Below, one piece after another: positions 30,101 to 32,000 of a stretch of DNA of 32,000 bases; position 1 is the first letter of the stretch; every line of letters starts with the position of its first letter. The DNA is from Zymomonas mobilis subsp. mobilis ATCC 10988 (GTDB lineage Bacteria; Pseudomonadota; Alphaproteobacteria; Sphingomonadales; Sphingomonadaceae). Where the stretch lies: the NCBI RefSeq assembly GCF_000175255.2, contig NC_017262.1, forward strand, positions 90,001 through 122,000. Direction: 5' to 3'. The notes under the pieces are model-generated. The model was not told where the DNA came from, did not search any database, and was given only the letters and a program-made list of their open reading frames with translations. The position numbers and the translations under genes are program-made.

Positions 30101-30621
30101 CGTCTGTCCTTAAATATTGGCCGATCGCTGACGTGGCACCATGCCAACGCCCCTCCGGCTGTCGTTTACTTAATTCGGGCCATTAAAAAATAACCGCCTC
30201 AAACTAAGACGATCATTAAAAGATCATTGAATGGATAAAATCTTTTCCACTCAAAAACGCCCAGACATTTATAGGTCTGATAGGTGGGAGGCAATGCCGC
30301 ATTTCGTCCTGTTTTGCAAGATGTTTTATAAAAAGAACATAATCGCGACTATCTTTTCCAAAAGACCGGATAGGCTTCCAAATAATCGGTTTATAAAACG
30401 CAAAAGCCTTTTTCCCCGAAACAAAGCAATATTGTCAGCCATGACCAGCTGATATAAAGCCTATGGCATTATTATTTCTAAATAACGCGCTTTCCATAAA
30501 GACAGAGGAAAGACCAAGGCTTTTCGACTGCTATGGGATATTGGCTCTTGCCATCGGTTATTTTTTTTGGCTGATATTCGGCCATTCTGTTTCAAGATAA
30601 AATATATAAGGAATCTGATCC

Positions 30622-31557
30622 ATGCGTGCCTTTATCTTTCCCGGACAAGGAAGCCAGTCTGTCGGCATGGGGCAAGCGCTCGCAGATGCCAGTTTGGCGG
30701 CTCGTCATGTTTTTGAAGAAGTCGATGAGGCGCTCAAACAAAATCTATTCCGCCTGATGTCGCAAGGTCCCGAAGAAGAATTACGGCTGACCGAAAATGC
30801 CCAACCCGCGATCATGGCACATTCGATGGCCGTTCTCGCTATGCTTGAAAAAGAAGGCAATATCCGGCTGACAGATGCGGCCTCTTTTGTCGCTGGTCAC
30901 AGCCTTGGTGAATATAGCGCTTTAGCCGCCGCCGATGCTTTTAATCTCCCGACTACAGCACGCCTATTGAAAAAACGCGGTCAAGCAATGCAGGCTGCGG
31001 TTCCCGTTGGGGAAGGCGGTATGGCCGCTATTTTGGGTCTGGATTTTGAAACAGTAGAATCCATTGCGCAAGAAGCTGCCGAAAATGATATCTGCCAAGC
31101 CGCTAATGATAATGCACCGGGGCAGGTCGTTATTTCGGGAAGCTTGGCCGCTATCGAACGCGCGGTTGCCCTTGCCAAAGACAAAGGCGCAAGACGAGCG
31201 GTTATGCTCGATGTGTCTGCGCCTTTCCATTGTAGCCTGATGCAGCCCGCTGCCGATGTCATGGCCAAAGCCTTACAAGAAAATAGGCCACGTCAGCCTA
31301 TCGTTCCCGTTTTTGCCAATGTGTCGGCTACGGCTGAAACTGACCCGACAAAAATCATGAATTTACTGGTGGAACAGGTAACCGGACGGGTGCGCTGGCG
31401 TGAATCCATTGCCGCGATGGCGGCCGCTGGCGTTGAGGAATTTGTTGAATTCGGCGGCAAGGTGCTTGCCCCGATGATTAAACGGATTGCCCCTGATTGC
31501 AAAGCCACCAGCCTGATCGCACCGGCTGACATCGAAAATTTTGCTGCCAGCTTATAA
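30622..31557 (+). CDS. fabD: Malonyl-CoA:ACP transacylase
   Basis: MRAFIFPGQGSQSVGMGQALAD, FVAGHSLGEYSALAAADAF, VSAPFHCSLMQPAADVM. Confidence 0.97.
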   Translation: MRAFIFPGQGSQSVGMGQALADASLAARHVFEEVDEALKQNLFRLMSQGPEEELRLTENAQPAIMAHSMAVLAMLEKEGNIRLTDAASFVAGHSLGEYSALAAADAFNLPTTARLLKKRGQAMQAAVPVGEGGMAAILGLDFETVESIAQEAAENDICQAANDNAPGQVVISGSLAAIERAVALAKDKGARRAVMLDVSAPFHCSLMQPAADVMAKALQENRPRQPIVPVFANVSATAETDPTKIMNLLVEQVTGRVRWRESIAAMAAAGVEEFVEFGGKVLAPMIKRIAPDCKATSLIAPADIENFAASL

Positions 31558-31626
31558 TTCTATAGACTTTAATCAGCCCCTCTTCTGGTTCTATACTCTA
31601 ACCAGACAGGGGGCAGGAGAAAATCA

Positions 31627-32000
31627 ATGTTTGATCTTAATGGCCTGACTGCTCTTGTGACGGGTGCCTCTGGCGGCATTGGCTCTGCCATCGCCAAAGC
31701 CTTGGCCGATCAAGGCGCACAGGTTGCCTTATCGGGTACCCGTGAATCTGCGTTAAAAGAAGTCGCGGCAATTTTACCGAATGATCCGATTATTCTTCCC
31801 GCTAATCTCGGCCAAAAAGAAGATGTCGAACAGCTTGTCCCGCGCGCTTTAGAAAAGCTCGGCAAAATTGACATTCTGGTTAATAACGCCGGTATCACGC
31901 GCGACGGTTTAATGATGCGCATGAAAGATGAAGATTGGGCGGATGTTATCGCGCTTAATCTGGAATCCGTTTTCCGTCTTAGCCGTGCCGTCATCAGACC
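31627..32000 (+). CDS. fabG: 3-oxoacyl-ACP reductase (3' end beyond window)
   Basis: MFDLNGLTALVTGASGGIGSAIAKALADQGAQVALSGT...ILVNNAGITRDGLMMRMKDEDWADVIALNLESVFRLSRAVIR. Confidence 0.95.
   Translation, partial: MFDLNGLTALVTGASGGIGSAIAKALADQGAQVALSGTRESALKEVAAILPNDPIILPANLGQKEDVEQLVPRALEKLGKIDILVNNAGITRDGLMMRMKDEDWADVIALNLESVFRLSRAVIR

Noticed and set aside
30231-30452. 73-aa ORF between rpsF and fabD
   Set aside because: No recognisable domain or upstream signal; probably chance.

Overview
This looks like an alphaproteobacterial chromosome segment. Gene content and protein sequences (AdhA, D-LDH, GpmA, short-form AdhA N-terminus, rpmJ) closely resemble Zymomonas mobilis; that assignment is from memory, not a database search. 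Left to right: a sulfonate/aliphatic-type ABC transporter (ssuB partial, ssuC, 3' remnant of an ssuA-like gene), an IS5-family element, a truncated TonB-dependent receptor, a cytochrome c maturation operon (ccmC-D-E-F-G-H-I, without ccmA/B in the window), three tandem DUF3617-like secreted proteins, a 15-copy 7-bp tandem repeat, rpmJ (missed by the ORF track), a glycine-rich DUF4136-like gene overlapping an M14 carboxypeptidase gene, gpmA, ldhA, a second inverted copy of the same IS, adhA, a Fur/Zur-type regulator, dxs, a manC-type gene, a glycosyltransferase, tRNA-Glu(UUC), recJ, folE, a dipeptide epimerase-like gene, rplI-rpsR-rpsF, fabD and partial fabG. I found no CRISPR array, prophage, toxin-antitoxin or defence locus and no convincing new biological system. 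The best leads are the IS copy whose two flanks are halves of unrelated genes, the inverted IS pair bracketing about 14 kb, the DUF3617 paralog array, the 7-bp tandem repeat, and the Gly-rich/M14 peptidase gene pair.
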